From the NCBI GenBank assembly GCA_041753315.1, contig JBGSUV010000142.1, positions 139-64,138 of the forward strand: a stretch of DNA of 64,000 nucleotides, written 5' to 3'. Positions 31,101 to 40,633 of the stretch are shown piece by piece. Source of the stretch: Pirellulaceae bacterium. Lineage in GTDB: Bacteria > Planctomycetota > Planctomycetia > Pirellulales > Pirellulaceae. Both the position numbers and the translations under genes were made by a program. Position 1 is the stretch's first letter. Every line of letters starts with the position of its first letter. The notes beneath the pieces are model-generated. The model searched no databases, had not been told where the DNA came from, and saw only the letters and a list, made by a program, of their open reading frames with translations.

Positions 31101-33257
31101 GGAGATACCGAACGAGTTATCGCTGTCAACACTCAGGATTTGCTGGGGACGGCTACGATCGCTGCTGGCGGCACGGAAGTCATCTACTCAGCCGGCACTG
31201 CCTTTCAACATCTCATTGCTGGCCAGACAGCCACCGAGACTTTTACTTATACAATGGCAGACGCGTTTGGTGCACTGTCGACGGCTAGCGTTGTAGTTAC
31301 CATCACGGGCATTACCGACGGCCCAACAGCTAACAATGACCTAGTGACCGCCATGGAGGATGGTGGACCAATCGTGATTGACGTTTTGGCCAACGACACT
31401 AGCGATCTCGGTCCAGGCAGTTCACTAACGATCTCGTCAATTGATGGAGCGGGTCAGTACGCTTCCATGACACTGATCTTGATTTATGGGGTCGGTGTCG
31501 GCCAGTACAATCCTGGCTTTCAACGCATGCTCGGTCAGGCTTCTATTGCCCCGGATGGCCGCAGCATCCTGTACACTCCCATGCAAAGCCTGAACGCTGG
31601 TGAAGTTGCTAACGATCTGTTCAAGTACACCATAACTGGAGATGGTGGCGGCACGTCGACCGGTATCGTAACTGTGACTGTCACCGGCGCAAACGATGCT
31701 CCAACCGCAGTGAATGATGTGGTTTCCGTTTCGTCTGCTGCTGCTCCAACGATCATCGATGTCCTCGCCAACGATCTAGACCCAGACAACCGCATTGACC
31801 CACCACTACCGCCATCATCAGAGCTCGGTCCGTGGGACGTAACACCTGTCGACACTCCCGATACCAATATCATTAGTGAAGTGAACGCTGGCGGACTACA
31901 AGGTTCTGTAGCGATTTCGCCGAACGGAGACGATATTGTATACACGGTTGGCGGCGACTTATTGAATTTGCCTTTCGGTGCTACTGCCGCAGAGTCCTTC
32001 ACTTACACGATGAGGGATAGCGCAGGGGCAGAGTCCACAGCGACAGTGACGGTAAACATGAGCGGTACGAATCATGCGCCGATGGCTGCCCCCGATACGG
32101 CAGAGACCTTTGAAGATGGCGCTCCCATCACGATCAACATCTTGGCCAATGATGTCGACTTGGATACGCCTTTTGGAGACATGCTGTCACTGCACAGCGT
32201 CAATAGCAACGGTCTGCAGGGATCTATTCAGGTCGAGGGGACAAACATCGTGTATTCTGTGGGTAGTGCGTTCCAGAATTTACGCGCTGGCAGCATGGCC
32301 ACCGATGTCTTTAGCTACACAGTTATTGATAGTGTTGGTGCGATGTCCACAACTCAAGTCACGGTAACTGTCACCGGAGCCAATGACGCACCAGTAGCCG
32401 TAGCAAACTCGCTATCGCTTTCGGAAGACGCCGCTCCCACAACCATAGCCGTATTGGCCAACGATACGGATGTCGACAGCGGCGATACCACATCCGTGCT
32501 ATCCGTCCAGGGAGTCGATTTGCTAGGCACAGTCGTCGTCGCCCCTGGCGGAACTGGCGTGATCTATACCGTTGGGAGTGCGCTTCAAGCCTTGAATGCT
32601 GATCAGACCGCAACCGAGACCTTTACTTACACGGTGGTTGACAGCGCGGGAGCTCAAGCGACGACAACGGTAACGGTGACCATTATTGGCGCCAACGAGC
32701 CGGTCATCTACGTGAATCCACCAGCTCCACCGGCAGGTGCCATCGTAGGCACTGCGGGTGATGACATTTTAAACGGGACGGCCGCAGCTGACATCATTTA
32801 TGGGCAGCTTGGCGATGACGAGATCGATGGTGGCGGAGGTAACGACACAATCTTTGGTGGTGGAGACCGCGATACCTTAAACGGAGGTGTCGGCAATGAC
32901 ATTCTCAGCGGTGGGGCCGACAGCGATGATTTGATCGGTGGAGCGGGGGCTGATATTTTCAGATACTATTTGGTAAGCGAATCAACGCTGGCCGACTCCG
33001 ATAAGATCAAGGACTTCAAAGGTTCCGAAGGCGACAAGATCGACTTGAGTTTGATAGACGCCAATTACTTGGTCGGCGAGAACAATGCATTTGTCATCAC
33101 CTCTAGCTTTACGATGGTCGCTGGGCAACTAGTTATTTCGTCGACCAGCTCTGGGGTTTACTGGGTTAGGGGAGACGTCAATGGCGACGGCATCGCCGAT
33201 TTGCAAATCGAAGTCAGATCTTCGGTAGCCTTGACGGCTAATGATTTTATTCTATAA
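28128..33257 (+). CDS. Large surface protein/adhesin: planctomycete extracellular motif, RTX Ca-binding repeats, 10 Ig/cadherin-like repeats, serralysin-like C-terminus
   Basis: ERLEARNLLA motif; GGxGxDxL nonapeptides; ten (V/I)LxND units; ends DVNGDGIADLQIEV...DFIL; start at 28128 rather than 27906. Confidence 0.88.
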   Translation: MSKRQNRRSRVIERLEARNLLAGVILQSVTADGGTQLSLTYEVRELTTELNVGFYRNSGSFLADAVLLDNATLSDPADLSMGVHVKNFSIGSGVDQIALPGAGAAEVQQDYAIWAVANPTIPDLESAVVFAGVYHAPLSDIFIHGRNIADSVAIDSNYRVTLNGAMKRYTSSDVTGFRVRGHDGNDVVNASTAAKVLSIYGGTGNDVLKGGGAADWLLGGHGDDELVGGRGNDTLDGGEGSDVYQLAGTNQGADTYIDGGTGGVDQIIATANFTNISLGASFSSASGIESISANGFTSVKILGTSGSNTLNFSALSLNGVSIIDGLAGADNILGSDGDDLLRAGTGNDAVDGGGGTDIAHFAGAMTTYSIVQTGDVVIVKDLAKTVNGNDGTDTLRGIEVLRFLDGDYNLTGPTNSPPLALPDSITVSDTSGATVVQVLANDTDIDVGDTKRVVSVDSVGVRGIVQIPSGGTAVLFSPNNAYGYLRAGETAVETITYTMADAAGAQSTATLVVTVTGTNSAPVAVADNASVSENASSTLLDVLVNDTDVDVGDTKIVLSVYGDGYPADWYVVCTYGVCAPMTIPAVPAIQGSVTVAPDGHGVIYSPGNAFQYLRAGQSVTERFTYTMADSAGAIATTWVTVTITGANDAPIAAPDSPIVAKNSAPVTINVLANDSDADAGDTKTVLSLDTSTLLGTATISAGGTSVIYSVGTSFLDLQPGQVAIETFSYTMSDAAGAQSTASVTVRINGTNSAPIAIADVGTAIENGEPLTIDVLTNDTDEDLGDSKTVIAVNGTGLLGAVSVAPGGTAVIYTVGNAFQSLAHGATASESFTYTMRDSLGAQSTATVQVTVTGANDAPGAVENTATASEDGPPITIDVLANDSDLDAGDSMQIVSILGNNLQGSIAIAPDEASIIYSVGDAFQSLRAGATATEVFSYTMRDAAGATSTANVTVTITGVNDSPVAMENVFTITEDAMATTLAVLANDTDPDVGDTERVIAVNTQDLLGTATIAAGGTEVIYSAGTAFQHLIAGQTATETFTYTMADAFGALSTASVVVTITGITDGPTANNDLVTAMEDGGPIVIDVLANDTSDLGPGSSLTISSIDGAGQYASMTLILIYGVGVGQYNPGFQRMLGQASIAPDGRSILYTPMQSLNAGEVANDLFKYTITGDGGGTSTGIVTVTVTGANDAPTAVNDVVSVSSAAAPTIIDVLANDLDPDNRIDPPLPPSSELGPWDVTPVDTPDTNIISEVNAGGLQGSVAISPNGDDIVYTVGGDLLNLPFGATAAESFTYTMRDSAGAESTATVTVNMSGTNHAPMAAPDTAETFEDGAPITINILANDVDLDTPFGDMLSLHSVNSNGLQGSIQVEGTNIVYSVGSAFQNLRAGSMATDVFSYTVIDSVGAMSTTQVTVTVTGANDAPVAVANSLSLSEDAAPTTIAVLANDTDVDSGDTTSVLSVQGVDLLGTVVVAPGGTGVIYTVGSALQALNADQTATETFTYTVVDSAGAQATTTVTVTIIGANEPVIYVNPPAPPAGAIVGTAGDDILNGTAAADIIYGQLGDDEIDGGGGNDTIFGGGDRDTLNGGVGNDILSGGADSDDLIGGAGADIFRYYLVSESTLADSDKIKDFKGSEGDKIDLSLIDANYLVGENNAFVITSSFTMVAGQLVISSTSSGVYWVRGDVNGDGIADLQIEVRSSVALTANDFIL

Positions 33258-33447
33258 CCGAATTCGCCGAGAATTTACGGAGTTCAGACTACATCACAAT
33301 CCAACTACGAAGCTCAATCGCTGATCCACAACGGCGTAAACTTTTCGCCTAAAGTGACAGTATGGAATCAACAAGTTCGGACCAAGCCAATAGAACGCCA
33401 AGCTGTTTGGTGTTTTGCGTCCCGACGGGAAAGCGGCTAACCGCGTA

Positions 33448-33473
33448 ACATTTGTGGTTCCCAATTGTTCTAC
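33448..33473 (-). repeat. Single family-A REP variant
   Basis: GTAG-AACAATTG-GGAACCA-CAAATGTT on the minus strand. Confidence 0.55.
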
Positions 33474-33481
33474 ATTGCCGT

Positions 33482-35752
33482 CTACAACCGTTCGAGAATT
33501 CGAGCCAAAGATTGCTGTGAAGACGGGTTGGTCAGCAATCGGTCTGCAGCTCGATGTTGCAAATAGAAATCGAGGATTTCCTCGAAGTAGACGATTCCTT
33601 CGGGAGGTGCGGAACCGTGGCTCACTCGTCCTTCATCCCAGTCGCGTTCAAAGGGGCGATCTTCCGGATGGACATAAAGATCTTGCAACTCCAGGCGGTC
33701 CTTTACGCGACCGGTGGAAATCTCCCAACCCTCGACGGTCGACAGGATCGTGCCGGTCTTCTTCCAGGCAAGGATTCTCGCTCGCAAGACAGTTTCAATG
33801 GCGTCAAGCCATTTCGGCTCTGAACCTAGTGCTCGACAGGCTTGGCACAAATGCCAGGCATGTTCCGGCCCAAAATTCGATAGAGTCAAGCTTGATCGTG
33901 GATGAGGGTAACGCCAGCCACCAGCCGGATCGACCGTTTCAGCCAGAAAGTCGGCTACGGCGCGAATGGTTTCCTTCAGTTGTGGCTCATCGGGTGCGAC
34001 GGCCAATAACTCGGGCAGTCCAGCCAATGCGTAGCCAATGATATAGGGCTTGGCATAACCGACCGTCAAGCCGCGGGCGTCGTCATCGATGAACGGTGGA
34101 TGAGGATCGAGTGATTTCCCTCCTTGATCAAAAAGTTTTTCGGTCGAGAGCTTGGATCGCAGCTCTCGAAACAGCCGCAAGGCCTCATCCAAGTAACGCT
34201 GTTCACCCGTCATGCGATACAGTCGCACGAAGTCGCGCACGTCACCCACATTGCGACACTCACCTTGATCACAGTGAATGTTTCCCGCTGCGTAGGCGAC
34301 CTGAGCGTTTAGGGCGGCGAGCATGCGAGGATCGCCGGTTTCCTCCCAGGCAAGCCAAAAAGAATCATACCCTTTGGTGCAAAAATGTACCGAATCGTTG
34401 GAACGCCACATGAATTCTTTGGTCAACGGAGTTTTTTGTTGGGCCACCACGTTGTTGTAGCGGGTACCTCCGAAATTGGGTTGACCCCACCAGATCGATT
34501 GATCGTAGAAGTTGTCGCACCATTGTAAAGCCACCTCCATCAGCTGAGGCTCGCCCGTTCGCCACGCTTGCTCGAAGATGGCGGCATTGTGGTTGAGTCG
34601 ATTCATTCCAAAGTTTCCGCCATGGGGTAATCCATGATTGAAACTGGTCACATTTCCAAAGTCATCACCGACGACAGACGATGCGACTATCGCACGCCGA
34701 TGGTATTCGATAATCTTTGCAAATGGCTGTGAGCTTATTTGGGGAGCTTGCCAATGCGGGTAGAGTGCAGCCAAGTCCTCCGAAGCAAACTGGAATCGAT
34801 GTGGGCTGGATAATGACGCAGGCAACTTGGGTGAATCGGTAGGTGCAATCACCAGTTCAACGCGTTGCCACGCATAGGCCTGCATGGGTACTCGATCGGC
34901 ACCGGCACAGCGCTGATAACGATGCAGTTTGGTGATACCGTCTGTGACTTCGACTTTGCCGCGACGATGCAGTTTGGCCAGTGGGTGATCGATGGACCAT
35001 TGGTCATCCCATGAGCCTTCGACTGTCCAGCCAAAATCGGGTGCAAATCCATCTTCTTGCGCTACTCGTTGCACATGAGCAACAAGGACCACTGTGCCGC
35101 TGCGATCGATACGTACTTCCAGCCAACGGGGCCATTGAGCGTCTGGATAGTAAATGTGTTTCCAGAGGAAGTGAGGATTCATTTCGACGATCTCTTCCGT
35201 GCCCGCTGCGGCAGCGGTGAGGGCAGGGGCCTCCAGACGACATTTCATCCTGGCCCCGCTGGCAAAGACAATTACTACATCTTGGCCCTGCATTTCAGCA
35301 CCAACCGGCCAATTGTTGTCGTCCGTTTGGGACCCTTCGTGTACTGATTCAACGCTGACAAGCTGAAAAACAACCGGCGAAAGATCGTGAAACAGTTGTT
35401 CAAAGGTAAGCATGACTCGTCGCGGAGTGTGGCGAGTCGGTGATTCGGAACTTCGCCAACTGATCACGCGGGCGCTTGCCAATGTCTCGCTTCCGTCGCG
35501 CAAGCAGCGGATTCGCACATTCCGATTTTGTTTGGAAGCAGGCAGTTGCGCAGGCCACTGATTTGCTGAGCTGGAGTTCGCGTCGACCTGCAGGACGGTG
35601 TCGCCGTCGACTGAATTTGGCCAAGGCACGGATAGTCGAACCAACTGTCGACCCGCTGCGGCTGGTGTCACTTCGAACTGGCCCGTATCGAGCGCGCTAC
35701 AAGCGGTTGCAAGAAAGGCTACAATCGCAAGAGCAATCAAGCGGAGCATCAT
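33482..35752 (-). CDS. Secreted hypothetical protein, probable (alpha/alpha)-barrel, possibly a glycan-active enzyme
   Basis: 756 aa with signal peptide; helical-repeat C-terminal half (TGE..YL..A motifs); family not firmly recognised. Confidence 0.55.
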   Translation of the reverse strand: MMLRLIALAIVAFLATACSALDTGQFEVTPAAAGRQLVRLSVPWPNSVDGDTVLQVDANSSSANQWPAQLPASKQNRNVRIRCLRDGSETLASARVISWRSSESPTRHTPRRVMLTFEQLFHDLSPVVFQLVSVESVHEGSQTDDNNWPVGAEMQGQDVVIVFASGARMKCRLEAPALTAAAAGTEEIVEMNPHFLWKHIYYPDAQWPRWLEVRIDRSGTVVLVAHVQRVAQEDGFAPDFGWTVEGSWDDQWSIDHPLAKLHRRGKVEVTDGITKLHRYQRCAGADRVPMQAYAWQRVELVIAPTDSPKLPASLSSPHRFQFASEDLAALYPHWQAPQISSQPFAKIIEYHRRAIVASSVVGDDFGNVTSFNHGLPHGGNFGMNRLNHNAAIFEQAWRTGEPQLMEVALQWCDNFYDQSIWWGQPNFGGTRYNNVVAQQKTPLTKEFMWRSNDSVHFCTKGYDSFWLAWEETGDPRMLAALNAQVAYAAGNIHCDQGECRNVGDVRDFVRLYRMTGEQRYLDEALRLFRELRSKLSTEKLFDQGGKSLDPHPPFIDDDARGLTVGYAKPYIIGYALAGLPELLAVAPDEPQLKETIRAVADFLAETVDPAGGWRYPHPRSSLTLSNFGPEHAWHLCQACRALGSEPKWLDAIETVLRARILAWKKTGTILSTVEGWEISTGRVKDRLELQDLYVHPEDRPFERDWDEGRVSHGSAPPEGIVYFEEILDFYLQHRAADRLLTNPSSQQSLARILERL

Positions 35753-35841
35753 GGACCGTCATTCATAGTAGTAGCCCGCCATTTCGCTGGTTTGCCGCCG
35801 AACAAAAAGTCCAAGAAAAGAGTCAACCGAGCGAGCGGGTA

Positions 35842-36558
35842 TTAATCGGGAGCATCATAGGTTAGCAGACGTCGCACGGGATCATCAAATCGTTGTAGTA
35901 ATTTTGAGTCTGGATTCTTGTGCGGAGAAAACGACAGAAGTGGAGAATCACGCCGGGAAAACGATGCGAAGATTGCCAAACGGGGCGAATCGGAAGCATT
36001 GTGAACCGCCGAGTGGAGGCAGTGTACATTTAGAATGAAAACCGTTCCGGCCTTTCCTGTCAATTGAATCTCGGCCGGATGTGGACGTCGAGGATCGTGA
36101 ATCGACTTCGTCATCCAAGGATTCTTGTGCGAAGTTGGGATCACACGGGTTGCTCCATTCTTCGGAGTGAAATCAACCAACGCACAAATTGCGTGACAGA
36201 TATACCACACACCCTTCTGTCCTTGGCCTCCCCAATCCGAGTGCAACGCCTGCTGACCGTGGCCTGGCTGCAGCCCTCGCGAAGACACTCCCAAAAGTAA
36301 AGGATCTGGCCCAAGCACTGACTCAATTGCTGAAAGGACAAGTGGTTGATTCCAAGCGAGGTCGAAAACGGGATCGGCGATCAGTCCACCCACGATCAAG
36401 GTGCCTGCATGATCTTGTGGTGTACTCTCGATAAGTTGTTCGAGTCTCGTCTTCATAGCCATCACATGCTTGCCTTGAATCGCTCCGGGCAATGCAACGA
36501 ATCCATCTCGGTCAAGCGATTCCCAGTCATTCACAGATTCTGTTTTCTTTGGCTTCAT
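35842..36558 (-). CDS. Phytanoyl-CoA dioxygenase (PhyH) family 2OG-Fe(II) oxygenase
   Basis: HSD...H facial triad, NGATRVIP.SH motif. Confidence 0.88.
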   Translation of the reverse strand: MKPKKTESVNDWESLDRDGFVALPGAIQGKHVMAMKTRLEQLIESTPQDHAGTLIVGGLIADPVFDLAWNQPLVLSAIESVLGPDPLLLGVSSRGLQPGHGQQALHSDWGGQGQKGVWYICHAICALVDFTPKNGATRVIPTSHKNPWMTKSIHDPRRPHPAEIQLTGKAGTVFILNVHCLHSAVHNASDSPRLAIFASFSRRDSPLLSFSPHKNPDSKLLQRFDDPVRRLLTYDAPD

Positions 36559-36627
36559 CTTGTAGACACCTAAGGGTAGGTATTGCCAGACAATGGCGCT
36601 TTGAAATAGTTTCGTGTCACTACGCCA

Positions 36628-37377
36628 TCAATTAGCACTACTAATGACTGCTGTAAATCGTACTTGTGGTTCCATCTCCGCGTCCGTTTTGATCGAAAGT
36701 GGACGTTGCCAACCACCAAATGCTATCCGTACTTCAGACTGCTTACCGAAAAAACTCTCGTCGGCGAAATCGTTTAGAATTAGCGTGCCATTGCTAGTGT
36801 ATGGTCGTAACGAACCGGCGGGAACAAATCCTTCAATCGGCAGCGTTTCGCGAACAGGACTTTCATTTTCGCGGTCTAGTTGCATTTTCAAAGCTGGGTC
36901 TTTCCTTGACTCGGCGACGTCGAAGTAGAACTCTAACTTGCAGGCTGTCCGTGATTGCAGCGGATAGACGAATTCCCAGTTTTTTTGAGGTAACGTGTCT
37001 TCAATCTTGATAGTCAGCTCAAACTGGCCGGTAGGTACCGTGAACCAAGTACAGTCGTCGAAGTAGAGTCTATTTCGTCGGTTGAATGCCGTTAGGAACT
37101 CATTGTCGGGCTTCAGTGGCACGTTGGTTTCGTTTAAGGCGATTTGAATGAGTCCGCTCAGCTTGCTGCGTTTCGCTACAAGTGACGCGAGGGCTTTCGT
37201 GTGAAGTTGCGATTTGGGAAGCGTGTCTGTAATGCGAGCGTCTAGTGATTGAATGGCGAGTCGAGCGCGTTGGCATTTTACCTGATTCCACCCGCTACCG
37301 ATCATCACCAATACAATGAGAACCCACACCTTCGCCGATATCCTCCGCGGAGGAGTCGAAACGATAGTACTACTCAA
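36628..37377 (-). CDS. Hypothetical membrane-anchored protein
   Basis: N-terminal TM helix; 4-nt overlap with the upstream ORF. Confidence 0.6.
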   Translation of the reverse strand: MSSTIVSTPPRRISAKVWVLIVLVMIGSGWNQVKCQRARLAIQSLDARITDTLPKSQLHTKALASLVAKRSKLSGLIQIALNETNVPLKPDNEFLTAFNRRNRLYFDDCTWFTVPTGQFELTIKIEDTLPQKNWEFVYPLQSRTACKLEFYFDVAESRKDPALKMQLDRENESPVRETLPIEGFVPAGSLRPYTSNGTLILNDFADESFFGKQSEVRIAFGGWQRPLSIKTDAEMEPQVRFTAVISSAN

Positions 37378-38210
37378 GGATCAACTCCCGGGGGAAATGG
37401 TTCAAAATCACTATTCAGCTTGGAAAACCATAGCGCAGACTTATAACTTTCATCCCAACAAACCAGGGCCAATCCCGGCAAAGCTGAATTAAGATGATAG
37501 TCGCACTGCGCTGAATTGCTCCGAGTTGGAAGGTTGAATGACCAGCTCCCTCTAGGACGCATTGGTGAAAAAGAATATCTGGCTTGATTGCTCGAATTCA
37601 ATGTTATGCAAAGTTCTCCGTCGCGCGTCATCTCGATACCACACATGCCACTGGGTAGTTTTAATTGATAGGGTCCATTCACTGGTAATCCGAACTCACT
37701 TAGTCGAAGTTCGTTGCTTGTAGCCCGGCTCGCGTCAGACATTTGGTCGAAATCAAGGCCTTTATTCCCAGCGGGTTGATCCAATAATCCAGCACGGAAT
37801 ACATTACTTCCTTGCGCTATCGGGTCCTTGGGGCTCGCTTTAGGTTCAACGGACACAACACCCCACTTCAGATAGACGGGCTGAGCGCTGGGTATATAGA
37901 CCTGAAAGCGAAAGGGAGCCTTCCACCCATCCATATCGGAAGGCAATTGGTGAATGGACAACGTCGTTTCGTCGCGAGGTTTAACCGTTTCGTACTTTTC
38001 TTGCAAAGGAGTGACAATACGATCGATGGCTGTCTCGTATTTCGCATAGACTTCCAATTCTCGCTTACGACCCTCGAGCGTTGCAAGTTCTCTCTCGCGA
38101 GTGATGCGAAGGGCCTCAAATCGCAAGTTCTCTCTAAAGGACAAGATGCCGACTAGCGCAACTGCGATCAGGAGCGTTAGCGCAAAGTAGTCACGAAGTG
38201 AGAGTCGCAT
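37374..38210 (-). CDS. Hypothetical membrane-anchored protein
   Basis: MRLSLRDYFALTLLIAV N-terminus followed by a coiled coil; start at 38210. Confidence 0.6.
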   Translation of the reverse strand: MRLSLRDYFALTLLIAVALVGILSFRENLRFEALRITRERELATLEGRKRELEVYAKYETAIDRIVTPLQEKYETVKPRDETTLSIHQLPSDMDGWKAPFRFQVYIPSAQPVYLKWGVVSVEPKASPKDPIAQGSNVFRAGLLDQPAGNKGLDFDQMSDASRATSNELRLSEFGLPVNGPYQLKLPSGMCGIEMTRDGELCITLNSSNQARYSFSPMRPRGSWSFNLPTRSNSAQCDYHLNSALPGLALVCWDESYKSALWFSKLNSDFEPFPPGVDP

Positions 38211-38244
38211 TGAGGAACTCCATACCAGAGAGCCGCGCCCAAAT

Positions 38245-38323
38245 GTAGAACAATTGTCCCCATTGTAGAACAATTGTTCCCAATTGTTTTGATCTCAATG
38301 TAGAACAATTGTCCCCAATTGTT
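38245..38323 (+). repeat. Three tandem family-A REP units
   Basis: GTAGAACAATTGT(C/T)CCCAATTGTT at 38245 (truncated), 38265 and 38300. Confidence 0.9.
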
Positions 38324-38543
38324 TTGGTCTTTGACAACTTATTTGACTCATGCACCAGAGTCGTTGGGCGTCGCGTACCTGGCGGCTCCGACGACTATTC
38401 AAGAACGTTTCGGCGCTGCTTGCCACTCACCTTCATTCGCTGCTGCAAGCACTTGAGCAAGCGCCATTTGGTCTTCTTTACCTGATGGATAGCCAATGAT
38501 GTTGGCATGATTCAGAGGTCTCGGCGGCCTGGGCTGGCAGATG

Positions 38544-39138
38544 GTTGATATCGCAGAGGACGCATGGCGAGAGTCGAAAGATCGTGAAGTGATGCGGTTG
38601 TGTTCAGCTCAACGCGACGAAGAAGCTAAGTAACGCGAACACTGAAAAACTCACACGCGTCTTGCAATGCCATGGAAGACTCTGGGGGCATCCAAGGGTG
38701 AATGGGGATGGATTGGATTGTCAGGCACATTCGCTAAACTGAACAGCGTATTATAGCTCTCACATCATTCCTACAAGCAATTTGATAGACCAGGGTATTC
38801 TGGTGGGCCGCTGTTGCCGGATTTGTGGAATGTCGAAGGCGAATGAGCAGTTCGGTGGGAAAGGGGCGCGGGCGGTGACCTGTCGTTCGACTTCGATTGT
38901 CGAGATCGATTTGTTGCGAGGCGGGCCTCGACTGCCCATCAACGATCTGCCGACATGCGATTATTGCGTGACCGTCTTTCGAAAAGCCAATGCGCCAAGT
39001 GTGGAAGCGTGGCCGATTGCCTTGCACGATGCCTTGCCGGACGTTCCAATTCCTTTGAAGGGAGGCTTTGCTGACGCCAAGCTTGACTTGAAGGCGCTGC
39101 TGGATCGCGTTTATGATGCGGCGGGTTACGAAGATTAG
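38544..39138 (+). pseudogene. Mosaic relic: cas3 fragment + copy of 50148-50451 + DUF4058-like C-terminal fragment
   Basis: 38544-38608 matches 47657-47721 (63/65); 38608-38886 is homologous to 50148-50451; then VEIDLLRGG...DLKALLDRVYDAAGY. Confidence 0.85.
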
Positions 39139-39160
39139 TTGCGTCCCCGAGGTACTAGTG

Positions 39161-40633
39161 ATGAGTATGTTGCGTGAAATTTTGCTCTTGATGCTGCTGG
39201 TCATGGCACGGCCGATTCTAGCAGGCGAGTTTGACGTGGTCGATTCATTCGTACAGCAACGGATGAAAGAGGTCGGCGTTCCAGGCGTGGCAGTCGCTAT
39301 CGTAAAGGAAGGCAAGATCGTTTATACGAAAGGGTACGGTGAATCATCGCCCGGGGTGCCGATCACTCCACAGACTCCGTTTCTTTTGGCATCGCTTACA
39401 AAGTCCTTCACAGCTTTGTCCGTCATGCAATTGGTCGAGGAGGGGAGGATCGATCTAGACACGCCGATAACGAGATACCTGCCGCAGCTAAACTTCGCCG
39501 ATGAAGCCTCAGGAAAAATCACGGTTCGGCAACTACTAAACCATACAAGCGGCTTCTCGACTTTGTCGGGACGCAAACACTTCTTTTCTCGTGATGTCGG
39601 GCAGGAAGCCCTGGAACGTAGCGTCCGCGATCACTCTGCTGAACGGTTGACAGCCTTACCCGGCAAAAAATTTCAGTATTCGAACGTAAACTTTAACATG
39701 GCCTCTCTGATTGTCGCGAAGGTCTCTGGTCAAACCTTCGAGCAATACATCCGCGAGAGGATATATGCTCCCCTGCAGATGACCAGCAGTTTTACGAACG
39801 AAGCCGACGCTCAGACGCATGGATTGACGATCGGTTATCGCTTTTGGTTCGGCATCCCCATAGCGGCAAACGATATCCCATACTCTCACACAGGCTTGGG
39901 ATCCGGAGGACTTTTGTCTTCAGCGGAAGATTTGGCTCGATACACACTCGCCAATTTGGGCGATGAGAGTGGTCAAGTGCTTTCGCAGACAGGCTTTGCC
40001 GAGATACACAAGCCCGGAGTTCACATCGTCCGGGACATTCATTACGGCCTTGGTTGGCTAGTGAGTAAGAAGCCTGATGGGCTTGTCATATGGCATCGCG
40101 GTGACATGGAGTGTGTTCACACCGACATCATGATGGCGCCAGACGAAAAGATTGGAGTAGATACATTGATGAACGTAAACTCTCCGAGCAAAGGTACTCA
40201 ATTGATTAACATCGCTGAAGGTGTGTTCGGTCTGGCGCGAGGCAAAGATCCGAACATGGTCAGTGACGACCCGGTACCTACGATAGTGATGTTCACGATC
40301 CTAGCGATCTTCATTATTCAAGTCGTGTGGGGATGTCGTTTTATTCTCAAACTTCGCCGTTGGCAGCGTCAGCCCGAGACGAAACCGAGACGCTGGAGGA
40401 TATTGATCGGAGTAATATTCTCGGTCGTTCTCAATCTGACGATAGCCATCGCGATCTTCATGGTGCTACCGGCTGTATTTGAAACTCCATATTCCAGCAT
40501 CTATTTATTCATGCCAGACGCATTTGTGATCACAGCCCTATCCGGCGGCTTCGCCCTGCTGTGGGGCGTAGCAAGAAATTTCCTGGCGTTTCGCCAAGTC
40601 ACCAAGACCGCTCTGACTGGTAAGGGGGCTTAA
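39161..40633 (+). CDS. Serine hydrolase, beta-lactamase/class C PBP family, with C-terminal TM helices
   Basis: SLTK (SxxK), YSN and HRG motifs; signal peptide; three C-terminal TM segments. Confidence 0.9.
   Translation: MSMLREILLLMLLVMARPILAGEFDVVDSFVQQRMKEVGVPGVAVAIVKEGKIVYTKGYGESSPGVPITPQTPFLLASLTKSFTALSVMQLVEEGRIDLDTPITRYLPQLNFADEASGKITVRQLLNHTSGFSTLSGRKHFFSRDVGQEALERSVRDHSAERLTALPGKKFQYSNVNFNMASLIVAKVSGQTFEQYIRERIYAPLQMTSSFTNEADAQTHGLTIGYRFWFGIPIAANDIPYSHTGLGSGGLLSSAEDLARYTLANLGDESGQVLSQTGFAEIHKPGVHIVRDIHYGLGWLVSKKPDGLVIWHRGDMECVHTDIMMAPDEKIGVDTLMNVNSPSKGTQLINIAEGVFGLARGKDPNMVSDDPVPTIVMFTILAIFIIQVVWGCRFILKLRRWQRQPETKPRRWRILIGVIFSVVLNLTIAIAIFMVLPAVFETPYSSIYLFMPDAFVITALSGGFALLWGVARNFLAFRQVTKTALTGKGA

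Noticed and set aside
33254-33293. AAC...GTT imperfect hairpin after the adhesin stop as an integron attC
   Set aside because: Too short, lacks RYYYAAC/GTTRRRY boxes, and no integrase or cassette array is visible
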